Both the position numbers and the translations under genes were made by a program. From positions 293,349 through 357,348 of the forward strand of contig DATCSW010000011.1 in NCBI GenBank assembly GCA_036568265.1: a DNA stretch of 64,000 bases, in the 5' to 3' direction. Source of the stretch: Thiobacillus sp. Its GTDB lineage: Bacteria > Pseudomonadota > Gammaproteobacteria > Burkholderiales > Thiobacillaceae. The number at the start of each line of letters is the position of its first letter. Position 1 is the first letter of the stretch. Positions 9,175 to 19,255 of this stretch are shown here, piece after piece. Below the pieces are notes generated by a model, which was not told where the DNA came from, searched no databases, and saw only the letters and a program-made list of their open reading frames with translations.

Positions 9175-11331
9175 TTAATCAGCGTTTTCAGGCGTTTCGC
9201 TGTCGGTCGCTTCGGTCGCTTCGGTCGCTTCGGGCGCCGGTGCGGGTGGCGCTTCCAGCAGGGCCTTCATCGACAAACGCAGGCGACCTTTTTCATCGGC
9301 TTCCAGAATCTTCACCTTCACGACCTGGCCTTCTTTCAGGTAGTCGCCTATGGTGTTGACGCGCTCGTGGGCGATTTGCGAAATGTGCAGCAGACCATCG
9401 CGGCCCGGCAGCACGTTGACGATCGCGCCAAAGTCCAGCAGCTTGATGACCGGGCCTTCGTAGACCTTGCCCACTTCGACTTCAGCGGTAATTTCCTCGA
9501 TGCGCTTCTTCGCCAGTTCGCCGGCTTCCATGCTGGTGCAGGCGATCTTCACGTTGCCGTCTTCCTGGATGTCGATCTGGGTGCCGGTCTCTTCGGTCAG
9601 TGCGCGGATCACCGCACCGCCCTTGCCAATCACGTCACGGATCTTTTCGGGGTTGATTTTCATCGCGATGATGCGCGGTGCGTAGGCTGACATTTCATGG
9701 GTGGTCGAAACCGAATTTTTCATGATGTCGAGGATATGCAGGCGGCCTTCTTTCGCCTGAACCAGCGCAGCCTGCATGATTTCCTGGGTGATGCCCTTGA
9801 TCTTGATGTCCATCTGCAGGGCGGTCACGCCTTTTTCGGTGCCTGCCACCTTGAAGTCCATGTCGCCGAGGTGATCTTCGTCGCCGAGGATGTCGGTCAG
9901 CACGGCAAAGCGGTTGCCTTCCTTGATCAGGCCCATGGCGATACCGGCCACGTGCGCTTTCAGCGGGGCGCCGGCATCCATCAGCGACAGGCAGCCGCCG
10001 CAAACCGAAGCCATCGACGAGGAGCCGTTGGATTCGGTGATTTCGGACACCACGCGCATGGTGTAGCCAAACTCTTCCTTCGTCGGCAGCACGGCCATCA
10101 GCGCGCGCTTGGCCAGTCGGCCATGACCGACTTCACGGCGCTTCGGCGCGCCTACACGGCCGGTTTCGCCGGTGGCGTAGGGGGGCATGTTGTACTGCAT
10201 CATGAAACGGTCGGAGTAGCTGCCTTCCAGCGCGTCGATGGTCTGTTCGTCGCGACCGGTGCCCAGCGTGGTGACCACCAGCGCCTGGGTTTCACCACGG
10301 GTGAACAGGGCGGAACCGTGAGTACGCGGCAGCACGCCGGTGCGGATGGTGATCGGACGCACGGTGCGTGTGTCGCGGCCGTCGATACGCGGCTGGCCGG
10401 ACAGGATGCGGTTACGCACGACGCCGGCTTCCAGACTGTGGAAAGCGTCCTTGACGGCATTGGCGGCGACGGTATCCAGATCGGCAGTGATCAGTTCGGC
10501 GAATGCCTTGCTGCGCACTTCGTCGATGGCGATCATGCGCGCCTGCTTCTGCTTGATGTTGTAAGCCTGCTGTAGGCCTTCTTCGGCGATGGCCTTGAGG
10601 CGGCCGAGCATGGCGATGTCATCGGCTTGCGGCGCCCAGTCCCATGCATCGGCACCGGCTTCGTCGGTCAATTCGTTGATCGCGTTGATCGCAACCTGAA
10701 ACTGCTGCTGACCGAACACGACGGCGCCCAGCATGATGTCTTCGGGCAGTTCCATGGCCTCGGACTCGACCATCAGCACCGCGGTTTCGGTGCCGGCCAC
10801 GACCAGGTCCAGTGCCGAATCTTTCAATTCGGACGTGGTTGGGTTGAGTACGTATTCACCGTTGATGAAGCCCACGCGGGCGGCACCCACCGGGCCGTCA
10901 AATGGCAGGCCGGACAGCGACAGCGCGGCAGAGGCGCCGATCAACGCGGGAATGTCAGCGCTGACTTCGGGGTTGGACGATATCACCGTGGCGATGATTT
11001 GCACTTCGTTGAAAAAGCCATCCGGGAACAGCGGGCGGATCGGGCGGTCGATCAGGCGGCAAATCAGAATCTCACCGTCGGACGCTCGACTTTCGCGTTT
11101 GAGGAAGCCGCCGGGAATGCGGCCCGCAGCGTAGGTTTTTTCTTGGTAATCAACGGTCAGCGGGAAGAAGTCCTGGCCGGGCTTGACTTCCGTCTTGGCC
11201 ACGACGGTGACCAGCACTACGGTGTCGTCCATGTTGACGATGACGGCACCGCCTGCCTGGCGGGCAATCTCGCCGGTTTCCAGGGTGACCTGATGACGGC
11301 CAAAAGCGAAAGTTTTCTTGATAGCGCTCAC
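9175..11331 (-). CDS. pnp: Polyribonucleotide nucleotidyltransferase
   Basis: [33 protein letters not shown] and S1 domains; GTG start at 11331 after AAAGGA. Confidence 0.98.
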   Translation of the reverse strand: MSAIKKTFAFGRHQVTLETGEIARQAGGAVIVNMDDTVVLVTVVAKTEVKPGQDFFPLTVDYQEKTYAAGRIPGGFLKRESRASDGEILICRLIDRPIRPLFPDGFFNEVQIIATVISSNPEVSADIPALIGASAALSLSGLPFDGPVGAARVGFINGEYVLNPTTSELKDSALDLVVAGTETAVLMVESEAMELPEDIMLGAVVFGQQQFQVAINAINELTDEAGADAWDWAPQADDIAMLGRLKAIAEEGLQQAYNIKQKQARMIAIDEVRSKAFAELITADLDTVAANAVKDAFHSLEAGVVRNRILSGQPRIDGRDTRTVRPITIRTGVLPRTHGSALFTRGETQALVVTTLGTGRDEQTIDALEGSYSDRFMMQYNMPPYATGETGRVGAPKRREVGHGRLAKRALMAVLPTKEEFGYTMRVVSEITESNGSSSMASVCGGCLSLMDAGAPLKAHVAGIAMGLIKEGNRFAVLTDILGDEDHLGDMDFKVAGTEKGVTALQMDIKIKGITQEIMQAALVQAKEGRLHILDIMKNSVSTTHEMSAYAPRIIAMKINPEKIRDVIGKGGAVIRALTEETGTQIDIQEDGNVKIACTSMEAGELAKKRIEEITAEVEVGKVYEGPVIKLLDFGAIVNVLPGRDGLLHISQIAHERVNTIGDYLKEGQVVKVKILEADEKGRLRLSMKALLEAPPAPAPEATEATEATDSETPENAD
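9203..9229. repeat. 9-bp tandem repeat (TCGGTCGCT)x3 in the pnp tail
   Basis: Encodes EATEATEAT in the C-terminal extension. Confidence 0.8.
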
Positions 11332-11349
11332 ACGAGTTCCTTTCAAAAC

Positions 11350-11375
11350 AAAAACGCCCCGCGAGTGCGGGGCGT
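11350..11375 (-). terminator. rpsO terminator
   Basis: ACGCCCCGC-ACTC-GCGGGGCGT followed by TTTT. Confidence 0.8.
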
Positions 11376-11452
11376 GGGCAATTCAGGGGACAAGGCCCAT
11401 CCACTGTGCAGGCGCGGCATGAATCCGGATCATCACAGTGGCCTTGACCGAT

Positions 11453-11722
11453 TTACTTACGCAGACCGAGACGCTCGATCAGGGTTTTGTACCCTTCGAG
11501 GTGGGTGCGCTTCAGGTAGTCCAGCAGTTTGCGGCGGCGGCTTACCATTTTCAGCAGGCCGCGACGTGAGTGGTGATCCTTCATGTTGGCCTTGAAGTGG
11601 CCGGTCAGGTCATTGATGCGTGCCGTCAGCAGGGCAACCTGCACTTCGGGGGAGCCGGTATCGGCAGCAGCACGCTGGTAATTTTGGACGATTTCAGCTT
11701 TTTGAGCGACGGTAACAGCCAT
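11453..11722 (-). CDS. rpsO: 30S ribosomal protein S15
   Basis: [25 protein letters not shown]. Confidence 0.98.
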   Translation of the reverse strand: MAVTVAQKAEIVQNYQRAAADTGSPEVQVALLTARINDLTGHFKANMKDHHSRRGLLKMVSRRRKLLDYLKRTHLEGYKTLIERLGLRK

Positions 11723-11812
11723 GGTGTACTCCTTCTAAATCGCGTGGCCTGCGGCTGTGCGGGACACGTTCTGGGGGAAACCGCGCATTTTACGCGTAAA
11801 GGGCGCGCAGAC

Positions 11813-12709
11813 TCAAGCCTGTTGTGTGGTGATCAGGCGGCGCGGCACCAATAGGCCATCGCCAGCCTGGGCGAGTCCGAGAAACCGGCCGGAGGCGGTA
11901 TAGAGCCGCATCAAGCCTGAATAATCGCCTGCGTAGGCCACGCTGCGGCCCTGGCAGATGGATTCTGCGTCGATTTCGTCGAGTTGCTGTGCCGGCAGAT
12001 GGGCCACCAGACAGTCCGCAGGCTGGAGCCAGGATGGGCGCGCTGTGGCCTCCAATGCCTCCAGCGCGACAAGTGTATGGGCCTGCTCAAGGCTGAACCC
12101 GCCCGCCGCCGTGCGCGTCAACGCAGTGAGGTGCGCGCCGCATCCCAGGGCTGCGCCGATGTCCTGCGCCAGGGTGCGGATATAGGTGCCGGCTGTGCAT
12201 TGCACATCGAATAGCACACGCGGCGGATCGAATTCAACCAGGTCCAGCGCACGAATGGTGACCTTGCGTGGCGGACGCTCGATTTCGATGCCGGCGCGGG
12301 CGTACTCGTACAGCGGGCGGCCCTGATGCTTGAGTGCCGAGTGCATGGGGGGGATTTGTTCAATTTCGCCCCTGAAACCAGGCAACACAGCCAGCAGGTC
12401 GTCGCGACTGACGCTCACCTCATGGGTACTGAGCACCTCGCCTTCCGGATCGCCTGTGGTGGTGGTGACGCCGAGTTGCATCACCGCGCGATAGTGTTTG
12501 TCTGCTTCGAGCAGATAGGCGGAAAACTTGGTGGCTTCGCCGAAACAGAGCGGCAGCAGGCCGTCGGCAAAGGGGTCGAGGGTGCCGGTGTGCCCCGCCT
12601 TCCTGGCGTTGAGCAACCATTTGGCTTTCTGCAGGGCGGCGTTGGAGGTGATGCCAACCGGCTTGTTCAGCAACAGCACGCCATCAATGGGCTGACGGGC
12701 GGGCTTCAA
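11813..12709 (-). CDS. truB: tRNA pseudouridine(55) synthase
   Basis: GVLLLNKP, KAGHTGTLDPFA, GTYIRTLAQDIG. Start placed at TTG 12709 (KPARQPIDG...); the upstream in-frame extension lies inside the inserted element. Confidence 0.93.
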   Translation of the reverse strand: MKPARQPIDGVLLLNKPVGITSNAALQKAKWLLNARKAGHTGTLDPFADGLLPLCFGEATKFSAYLLEADKHYRAVMQLGVTTTTGDPEGEVLSTHEVSVSRDDLLAVLPGFRGEIEQIPPMHSALKHQGRPLYEYARAGIEIERPPRKVTIRALDLVEFDPPRVLFDVQCTAGTYIRTLAQDIGAALGCGAHLTALTRTAAGGFSLEQAHTLVALEALEATARPSWLQPADCLVAHLPAQQLDEIDAESICQGRSVAYAGDYSGLMRLYTASGRFLGLAQAGDGLLVPRRLITTQQA

Positions 12710-13055
12710 CCTGGAAACCGTAGTTGAACGCGCCTGATGGTGCGTCTGGGCGGACGACTGCCGCATACGACTCCACATGGGCTTAAGCGCATAGTGGATC
12801 GGAGTCCTTTAGGGCGTAGCGAGGAAGTAGCAGGCCAGCGCCTGCAACGACGCGCGAGAGCGGGATCGTTGCCGCCTGAGCGGCTTTACGAATCCGGCCT
12901 ACTCCTTGCGGGTACAAAGGCGGGCGCATGACCAGGCATATCAGCGGGGGCGTGGCGGACTTATGCGGCCGTTTAACGTGGTCGAAGGTGAAAGTGGCAA
13001 TGCCCATGCGGAATACGATACGTTGACGAGCGGTCAACTACGGTTTCTAGGTTGA
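12706..13055. mobile_element. 350-bp MITE/REPIN-like non-autonomous element with 26-bp terminal inverted repeats
   Basis: TCAACCTGGAAACCGTAGTTGAACGC (12706-12731) vs reverse complement of 13030-13055 = TCAACCTAGAAACCGTAGTTGACCGC, 24/26 identical. Internal GTAG-footed hairpins; no transposase. Confidence 0.75.
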
Positions 13056-13427
13056 TTCGTCTTTGGGATGTTTGGCGTCTTCGGCGACAGCTGCTTCGAT
13101 CAGTTGGGTGAGGTGGATACCACGTTCGACGGATTGGTCGTACACAAAGGTGAGTTTGGGTACGACGCGTAATTGCATGCGATGCGATAGCTGTGTACGC
13201 AGGAAACCACTGGCCCGGCGCAGGCCTTCGAGGCAGGCATCATGCTCGGCCTTGCCGCCCAGAGTGGTGAAAAACACCTTGGCAAATTCCATGTCGCGAT
13301 TCACCTCGACCTCGGTGATGGTCAGCATGCCGACGCGCGGATCCTTCACTTCCAGCCGGATCAATTCCGGCAGTTCGCGCTGGATCTGGTCGGCGACACG
13401 GCGGGCGCGCGGAAAGTCCTTGGGCAT
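13047..13427 (-). CDS. rbfA: Ribosome-binding factor A
   Basis: RARRVADQIQREL, KDPRVG, LRVVPKLTFVYD. Confidence 0.97.
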   Translation of the reverse strand: MPKDFPRARRVADQIQRELPELIRLEVKDPRVGMLTITEVEVNRDMEFAKVFFTTLGGKAEHDACLEGLRRASGFLRTQLSHRMQLRVVPKLTFVYDQSVERGIHLTQLIEAAVAEDAKHPKDEST

Positions 13428-16213
13428 TACAGGCTACGCGCGACTTCCACGATTTCGAACACCTCGAGCTGGTCGCCTTCCTGGATGTCGTTGTAGTTTT
13501 TCAGGCTCAAACCACATTCAAAGTTGGCTTTGACTTCCTTGACGTCGTCCTTGAAGCGCTTCAGTGAGTCGAGTTCGCCCTGATGGATCACGACGTTGTT
13601 GCGCAGCACGCGAACGCCAGCATGGCGTTTGATCACGCCGTCAAGCACGTAGCAGCCCGCAATGGTGCCGATCTTGGAAATCACGAACACCTGACGGATT
13701 TCCACGGTACCGATGACGGTTTCCTTCTTCTCTGGTGCCAGCATGCCGGACAGCGCGGACTTCACCTCATCCACGGCTTCGTAGATGATGTTGTAGTAGC
13801 GAAGGTCGACGCCATTGGCTTCGGCCAGTTTACGGGCTGAGGCATCGGCGCGCACGTTAAAGCCGATCAGCACAGCCTTGGAGGCCAGCGCCAGATTGAC
13901 GTCGGATTCGGTGATTGCACCGACGCCGCTATGGATGATGTTGACCTTGACCTCGTCTGTGGACAGCTTGCCCAGCGCGTGCGCCAAGCCTTCGTAGGAG
14001 CCCTGCATGTCGGCCTTGAGGATGATGGGCAGATGCTGCACTTCGCCCTCGCCCATTTGATCGAACAGCGACTCCAGCTTGGCTGCCTGCTTCTTGGCCA
14101 GTTGCACATCACGGAACTTGCCCTGGCGGAACAGCGCAATTTCACGTGCCTTGCGTTCGTCGGGCAGGACCATCATGTCTTCGCCAGCACGCGGTACGTC
14201 GGAAAGGCCTTGAATTTCGACCGGGATCGACGGGCCTGCTTCGTCAACTGTTTTGCCAGCCTCATCGAGCATGGCGCGGACACGACCGAAGGCCTGGCCG
14301 GCCAGGACCATGTCGCCACGGCGCAGGGTGCCGGACTGCACCAACAGCGTGGTGACCGGGCCCTTGCCTTTGTCGAGACGCGCTTCGATCACGATGCCCT
14401 TGGCCGGGCCGTCGACAGCCGCCTGCAGTTCAAGCACTTCGGCCTGCAGCAGAATGGCGTCGAGCAAGCCGTCGATATTGGTATTGGCCTTGGCCGACAC
14501 CTCGATGAACTGGGTATCGCCACCCCATTCTTCCGGTGTGACGCCCTGTGCCACCAGTTCCTGACGGATGCGTTCGGGGCTGGCGTCGGGTTTGTCGATT
14601 TTGTTGATGGCCACCACCAGCGGCACATTGGCCGCTTTTGCATGGTGAATGGCTTCAATGGTTTGTGGCATCACGCCGTCGTCGGCTGCCACTACCAGCA
14701 CCACGATGTCGGTCGCCTTGGCGCCGCGTGCCCGCATTGCAGTAAACGCTTCGTGGCCTGGCGTATCGAGGAAGGTGATGACGCCTTTTTCGGTTTCGAC
14801 GTGATACGCGCCAATGTGCTGGGTAATGCCGCCGGCTTCGCCGCTGGCCACCCGGGTGCGGCGAATGGTATCGAGCAGCGAGGTCTTGCCGTGGTCGACG
14901 TGACCCATCACCGTGACTACGGGCGGGCGGGTGAGTGTTTCGTGTTCGGCCCGGTCACCGTTGTCGACAAGGAAAGCTTCTGGTGTGTCCAGGGCAGCAG
15001 GCTTGCCGATATGGCCCATTTCCTCGACCAGAATGATGGCAGTTTCCTGATCCAGCACCTGGTTGATGGTGACCATGCTGCCCAGTTTCATCAGGGCCTT
15101 GATGACCTCGGCGGCCTTGACTGACATCTTGTGGGCCAGTTCGGCGACCGTAATGGTCTCGGGTACCAGCACTTCGCGCACAACCGGCTCGGTTGGCGCC
15201 ACGAAGGTCGTTTCTTCATTGCTCGAACGCGATTTGCCCTTGCGGCCGCGCCAGCCTGTATCAGGTGCAGCGCCGCCACGGGTCTTGAGGCCCCCTTTGC
15301 GGCGAGCTGCATCATCTTTCCAGCTGTCAGCTTTCTTGGCAGGTTTTTTGTCGCCTTTGGCGCCGGCCGGTTTGTCGGGCTTGTGCAGCGTTTTGACCGT
15401 GGGCGCAGCAGGCGCGGCAGGCGCGGCAGCTTTTTCAACCTCAGCCAACTTGGCGGCTTCGCGCGCAGCCTCGGCTTGCTTGCGCAACGCCTCACGCTGG
15501 GAGCGGTCTGCCGCCTGGCGGTCGAGCAAAGCCTGGTGACGGCGTGTTTCGTCAGCGCGTGCCTTGACCTCGGCCTCACCCAAAATAGACGCCTTTTTGA
15601 TACGGGTGGTTTTCTTGGCAGCAGGTTCGGCTGCTGCTTCGGGTTCAGGCTCGGCTTCCGTGGCCTTTGCGGGCGTTTTCTTGGCAGGTTTGACGGGCGC
15701 TTCGGCCTCGACTGCAGCAGGTTCCGGAGTGACCTCGGGTGCAGGCTTGGCAGGTTCAGCAACAGGTTCAGGCGTAGGAGCCTCAACTCGGGCTTCAGTT
15801 ACGGGGGCGGCTATGGCTTCCGGCTGTGTTGCAGGCTCTGGAATCTGCGCATCTGGAGTCTGCGCAGGCGCGGGAGTCGGCTCGGCTGCGGCCTGAGCTT
15901 CGGCGGCAATGACAGAGGCGTCCCGTTTGACGTAGGTGCGCGATTTGCGGACTTCAACCTGGATCGTACGCGACTTACCCGTGCTGTCCGTTTTGCGGAT
16001 TTCACCGGTTTGCTTGCGCGTGATGGTGATCTTGGTTTTTCCGGGCTCGGATCCTCCGCCGTGCACCTTGCGCAGGTAGTCTAGCAAGTGGGCTTTGTCA
16101 GCCTCGGTCACCGAGTCAACAATATCTTTCTTGCTGACACCCGCAGCCTTGAGCTGTTCCAACAGGAGCTCTGGCGGGAGTTTCAGTTCTTGAGCAAATT
16201 GTTCAACGTTCAT
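13427..16213 (-). CDS. infB: Translation initiation factor IF-2
   Basis: [20 protein letters not shown] GTPase motifs; C-terminal [12 protein letters not shown]. Confidence 0.98.
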   Translation of the reverse strand: MNVEQFAQELKLPPELLLEQLKAAGVSKKDIVDSVTEADKAHLLDYLRKVHGGGSEPGKTKITITRKQTGEIRKTDSTGKSRTIQVEVRKSRTYVKRDASVIAAEAQAAAEPTPAPAQTPDAQIPEPATQPEAIAAPVTEARVEAPTPEPVAEPAKPAPEVTPEPAAVEAEAPVKPAKKTPAKATEAEPEPEAAAEPAAKKTTRIKKASILGEAEVKARADETRRHQALLDRQAADRSQREALRKQAEAAREAAKLAEVEKAAAPAAPAAPTVKTLHKPDKPAGAKGDKKPAKKADSWKDDAARRKGGLKTRGGAAPDTGWRGRKGKSRSSNEETTFVAPTEPVVREVLVPETITVAELAHKMSVKAAEVIKALMKLGSMVTINQVLDQETAIILVEEMGHIGKPAALDTPEAFLVDNGDRAEHETLTRPPVVTVMGHVDHGKTSLLDTIRRTRVASGEAGGITQHIGAYHVETEKGVITFLDTPGHEAFTAMRARGAKATDIVVLVVAADDGVMPQTIEAIHHAKAANVPLVVAINKIDKPDASPERIRQELVAQGVTPEEWGGDTQFIEVSAKANTNIDGLLDAILLQAEVLELQAAVDGPAKGIVIEARLDKGKGPVTTLLVQSGTLRRGDMVLAGQAFGRVRAMLDEAGKTVDEAGPSIPVEIQGLSDVPRAGEDMMVLPDERKAREIALFRQGKFRDVQLAKKQAAKLESLFDQMGEGEVQHLPIILKADMQGSYEGLAHALGKLSTDEVKVNIIHSGVGAITESDVNLALASKAVLIGFNVRADASARKLAEANGVDLRYYNIIYEAVDEVKSALSGMLAPEKKETVIGTVEIRQVFVISKIGTIAGCYVLDGVIKRHAGVRVLRNNVVIHQGELDSLKRFKDDVKEVKANFECGLSLKNYNDIQEGDQLEVFEIVEVARSL

Positions 16214-16230
16214 GCAATCCTCTTGGCTTT

Positions 16231-17709
16231 TTAGCCTTGGGCGAACCAGGGCGCGCGTGCGGCCATGATCAATTGTTTGGCGCGTTCATCATCCATCGCG
16301 GCGATTTCAGTCAGTTCGTCGACGGCCAGTTCAGCCAGGTCTTCGGTTGTGTGTACGCCTTTGCTGGCAAGCTGGCGCGCAGTTTCAGCATCCATGCCTT
16401 CCAGTGACAACAGGTCACCGGCAGAGGCCTCAACCTGCTCTTCACCTACGATGGCTGCGGTCAGCAAGGCATTACGTGCGCGGTTACGCAACTCATTGAC
16501 CAGGTCTTCGTCGAAAGCCTCGATTTCCAGCATTTCGTTCAGCGGGACATAAGCCACTTCTTCTAGCGTGGAGAAACCTTCATCGACCAGAATCTGAGCC
16601 ACTTCTTCGTCCACATCGAGTTTGTCGATGAACAGCGCGAGGTTTTGTCCGCTTTCGGTGGACTGCTTTTCTTCAGCAGCCTCACGAGACATGATGTTGA
16701 GCGCCCAGCCGGTTAACTCGGAAGCCAGGCGAACGTTCTGGCCACCACGACCAATCGCCATCGCCAGTTGCTCCTCGTCCACCACCACGTCCATGCTGTG
16801 CTTGTCTTCGTCAACCAGAATGGAACTGACTTCTGCGGGGGCAAGTGCGTTAATCACATACTGCGCGGGGTCAGCTGACCAATGAATGATGTCAACGCGC
16901 TCGCCGGCCATTTCGTTGGTGACGGAGGTGACGCGCGAGCCGCGCAGACCGATGCAGGTGCCGATCGGGTCGATACGCGGATCGTGAGACACCACGGCAA
17001 TCTTGGCGCGCAGGCCCGGATCGCGAGCGGCTGCCTTGATTTCAAGCAGGCCTTCCTCGATTTCCGGTACTTCCAGCTCAAACAGCTTCATGACGAATTC
17101 AGGCGCGGTGCGCGACAACACCACTTGCGGACCGCGCGCGCCGCGATCGATGCGCAGCAGGTAAGCCCGCACGCGATCACCGATGCGCAGGTTTTCGCGC
17201 GGGATCATCTGGTCGCGGTGCAGGAAGCCTTCGACGCGGCCTGATTCGATAATGGCGTTGCCGCGGTCGATGCGTTTGACCACGCCATTGACCAGGTGCT
17301 CCTTGCGAGCCAGGAAATCGCTGATGATCTGCTCGCGCTCGGCGTCACGGATCTTCTGCAGAATCACCTGTTTGGCTGCTTGTGCGCCAATGCGCCCGAA
17401 TTCGATGTTTTCCAGCGGCTCTTCGATGAAATCGCCGATTTCAATATCGGGAATCTTGTCCTGGGCATCGACCAGCAGGATCTGGTAGCCCTCGGATTCC
17501 AGTTCGGCCTCGGAGACAACCTGCCAGCGCCGGAACGACTCGTATTCACAGGTCTCACGATCGAGCGATACGCGTACATCCGCTTCTTCCTTGAAGCGTT
17601 TTTTGGTGGCTGAAGCGAGTGCCTGCTCGAGTGCTTCGAACACGACATCTTTGCCTACGTTTTTCTCGCGTGCCAGCGCATCGGCAAGCATTAACATTTC
17701 ACGGCTCAT
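16231..17709 (-). CDS. nusA: Transcription termination factor NusA
   Basis: [37 protein letters not shown]. Confidence 0.98.
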   Translation of the reverse strand: MSREMLMLADALAREKNVGKDVVFEALEQALASATKKRFKEEADVRVSLDRETCEYESFRRWQVVSEAELESEGYQILLVDAQDKIPDIEIGDFIEEPLENIEFGRIGAQAAKQVILQKIRDAEREQIISDFLARKEHLVNGVVKRIDRGNAIIESGRVEGFLHRDQMIPRENLRIGDRVRAYLLRIDRGARGPQVVLSRTAPEFVMKLFELEVPEIEEGLLEIKAAARDPGLRAKIAVVSHDPRIDPIGTCIGLRGSRVTSVTNEMAGERVDIIHWSADPAQYVINALAPAEVSSILVDEDKHSMDVVVDEEQLAMAIGRGGQNVRLASELTGWALNIMSREAAEEKQSTESGQNLALFIDKLDVDEEVAQILVDEGFSTLEEVAYVPLNEMLEIEAFDEDLVNELRNRARNALLTAAIVGEEQVEASAGDLLSLEGMDAETARQLASKGVHTTEDLAELAVDELTEIAAMDDERAKQLIMAARAPWFAQG

Positions 17710-17728
17710 AATCCCTCCAGAGCCTGCC

Positions 17729-18157
17729 TCAAACCATGGGTTTCAAGCGGGCAACATCCACATTTCTCAAGTCGACCGAAATTTCTTTTCCATCGACAAT
17801 TAATTTCACCGCATCGTTTTCCAGGCCGATCAACTCGCCTGCCAGCTTGCGCCGGTTATCCATGGGTACCCGCAGCTTCAGTGTCACCGGATTGCCGGCG
17901 AAACGGACATAGTCCTGCGGTTTGACCAACGGCCGGTCGAGACCGGGCGAAGAGACTTCCAGTCTGTCGTAATCGATATTCTCAACCGTAAACAGGTGGG
18001 TCAGGTGATTGCTCACCGTCACGCAATCATCAACCGTAATACCGTCTGGCTTGTCAATAAACAGCCTGATCAGACCGCGACCCGCGCGTTCCAGCATCAC
18101 CAGCTCGTATCCGAGTTCGGCAAGTACAGGCTCCAGGCGGGCGGGCAAATCCATCAT
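17729..18157 (-). CDS. rimP: Ribosome maturation factor RimP
   Basis: [27 protein letters not shown]; upstream of nusA. Confidence 0.95.
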   Translation of the reverse strand: MMDLPARLEPVLAELGYELVMLERAGRGLIRLFIDKPDGITVDDCVTVSNHLTHLFTVENIDYDRLEVSSPGLDRPLVKPQDYVRFAGNPVTLKLRVPMDNRRKLAGELIGLENDAVKLIVDGKEISVDLRNVDVARLKPMV

Positions 18158-18212
18158 TACTTATCCATCGTCGCACTACCACGCAACGGGAAGCCGCTCG
18201 CTGTAGCACAAT

Positions 18213-18235
18213 AAAAAAATGGGCGAACCGCCCAC
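18213..18235 (-). terminator. Terminator after tRNA-Leu
   Basis: TGGGCG-GTT-CGCCCA followed by a T run. Confidence 0.65.
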
Positions 18236-18289
18236 TGTGTTAACCATAAAACGCCGGAATTGTACCATTCAGACCGTCGAACAGGAAGA

Positions 18290-18376
18290 TGGTGCCCGGA
18301 ACCGGAATCGAACCGGTACGCCATCACTGGCGAGGGATTTTAAGTCCCTTGTGTCTACCAATTTCACCATCCGGGC
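18290..18376 (-). tRNA. tRNA-Leu(TAA)
   Basis: 87-nt class II cloverleaf, loop CTTAAAA, CCA. Confidence 0.95.
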
Positions 18377-18400
18377 GATGCGGACAGCTGGCACTTGATC

Positions 18401-18474
18401 TGGAGGCGCGAGCCGGAGTCGAACCGACCTACACGGATTTGCAATCCGGTGCATAACCGCTTTGCTATCGCGCC
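18401..18474 (-). tRNA. tRNA-Cys(GCA)
   Basis: 74 nt, loop TTGCAAA, U73, CCA. Confidence 0.95.
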
Positions 18475-18561
18475 ATCGCGGTAAGCCACCAATCAGTGGT
18501 CAACCACGTAAACGAAAAGGGGAAAACGTCCGGACTAGTCCTTCTGTTTTCCCCGGAATGC

Positions 18562-18637
18562 TGGAGCGGGAAAGGAGGTTCGAACTCCCGACCTCAACCT
18601 TGGCAAGGTTGCGCTCTACCAGCTGAGCTATTCCCGC
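18562..18637 (-). tRNA. tRNA-Gly(GCC)
   Basis: GCGGGAA/TTCCCGC stem, loop TTGCCAA, CCA. Confidence 0.95.
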
Positions 18638-18651
18638 GTTGAAGGCTGCGC

Positions 18652-18680
18652 ATTATGGGTATTCCGTGTTTTTCTGTCAA
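18652..18680 (-). promoter_or_regulatory. Sigma70 promoter of tRNA-Gly-Cys-Leu
   Basis: TTGACA-17 nt-CATAAT followed by a GC-rich discriminator. Confidence 0.8.
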
Positions 18681-18688
18681 GAATAACG

Positions 18689-19255
18689 TTAAGAATTTTG
18701 CAGGGCTCGGGAGGCCATCACGAGGTAATAGGCCATCGACACCAGTGTGAGGAGGGCTGCAATCCATATGAGCCAGGTGCCAATTGCTGCGATGGGGAGC
18801 CCCGCCACTGGATAAAAATAGAGCAGCAGGACAATCGCGATCATCTGGGCCGTGGTTTTGAGCTTGCCCACGAATGAAACAGCTACGCTGGCCGATTTGC
18901 CGGCTTTGGCCATCCATTCACGCAACGCAGAAATCGTGATTTCGCGGCCGATGATAATGAGCGCAATCAGCGGCGCCACGCGATCCAGGTCTATCAGCAC
19001 GATGAGTGCAGCGGCCACCATCAGCTTGTCGGCCACCGGGTCGAGGAAGGCACCAAACGCCGAGGTTTGCCCCAGTTTTCGCGCGAGCCAGCCGTCAAGC
19101 CAGTCGGTCAGTGCCGCTACACCAAAAAAGGCAGCGGCCAGCAAATTGGCCTCGTATGAGGTGACCCAGCCGTCGGGCAGATAAAATACCCCCGCCATCA
19201 AAGGGATGAAAAGGATGCGCAGCCAGGTGAGCAGGTTGGGGAGATTGAATGGCAT
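18689..19255 (-). CDS. pgsA: CDP-diacylglycerol--glycerol-3-phosphate 3-phosphatidyltransferase
   Basis: TDWLDGWLAR...FGAFLDPVADK motif; uvrC-pgsA-tRNA-Gly synteny. Confidence 0.96.
   Translation of the reverse strand: MPFNLPNLLTWLRILFIPLMAGVFYLPDGWVTSYEANLLAAAFFGVAALTDWLDGWLARKLGQTSAFGAFLDPVADKLMVAAALIVLIDLDRVAPLIALIIIGREITISALREWMAKAGKSASVAVSFVGKLKTTAQMIAIVLLLYFYPVAGLPIAAIGTWLIWIAALLTLVSMAYYLVMASRALQNS

Noticed and set aside
12710-12778. 23-aa N-terminal extension of TruB in the ORF track
   Set aside because: It lies inside the inserted repeat element; TruB-like sequence starts at KPARQ.
13030-13055. GTCAACTAC resembles the start of IscB/HEARO IS200/IS605 ends
   Set aside because: It lacks the following CCCC..CTAAAG..GG hairpin and any IscB/TnpB ORF, and it occurs as a terminal inverted pair, unlike IS200/IS605.
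9697-15124. Long plus-strand ORFs (292, 322, 397 aa) opposite pnp and infB, and similar ones opposite the porin, feoB and fold-conserved genes
   Set aside because: Typical antisense open frames of GC-rich coding sequence; no motifs or RBS.
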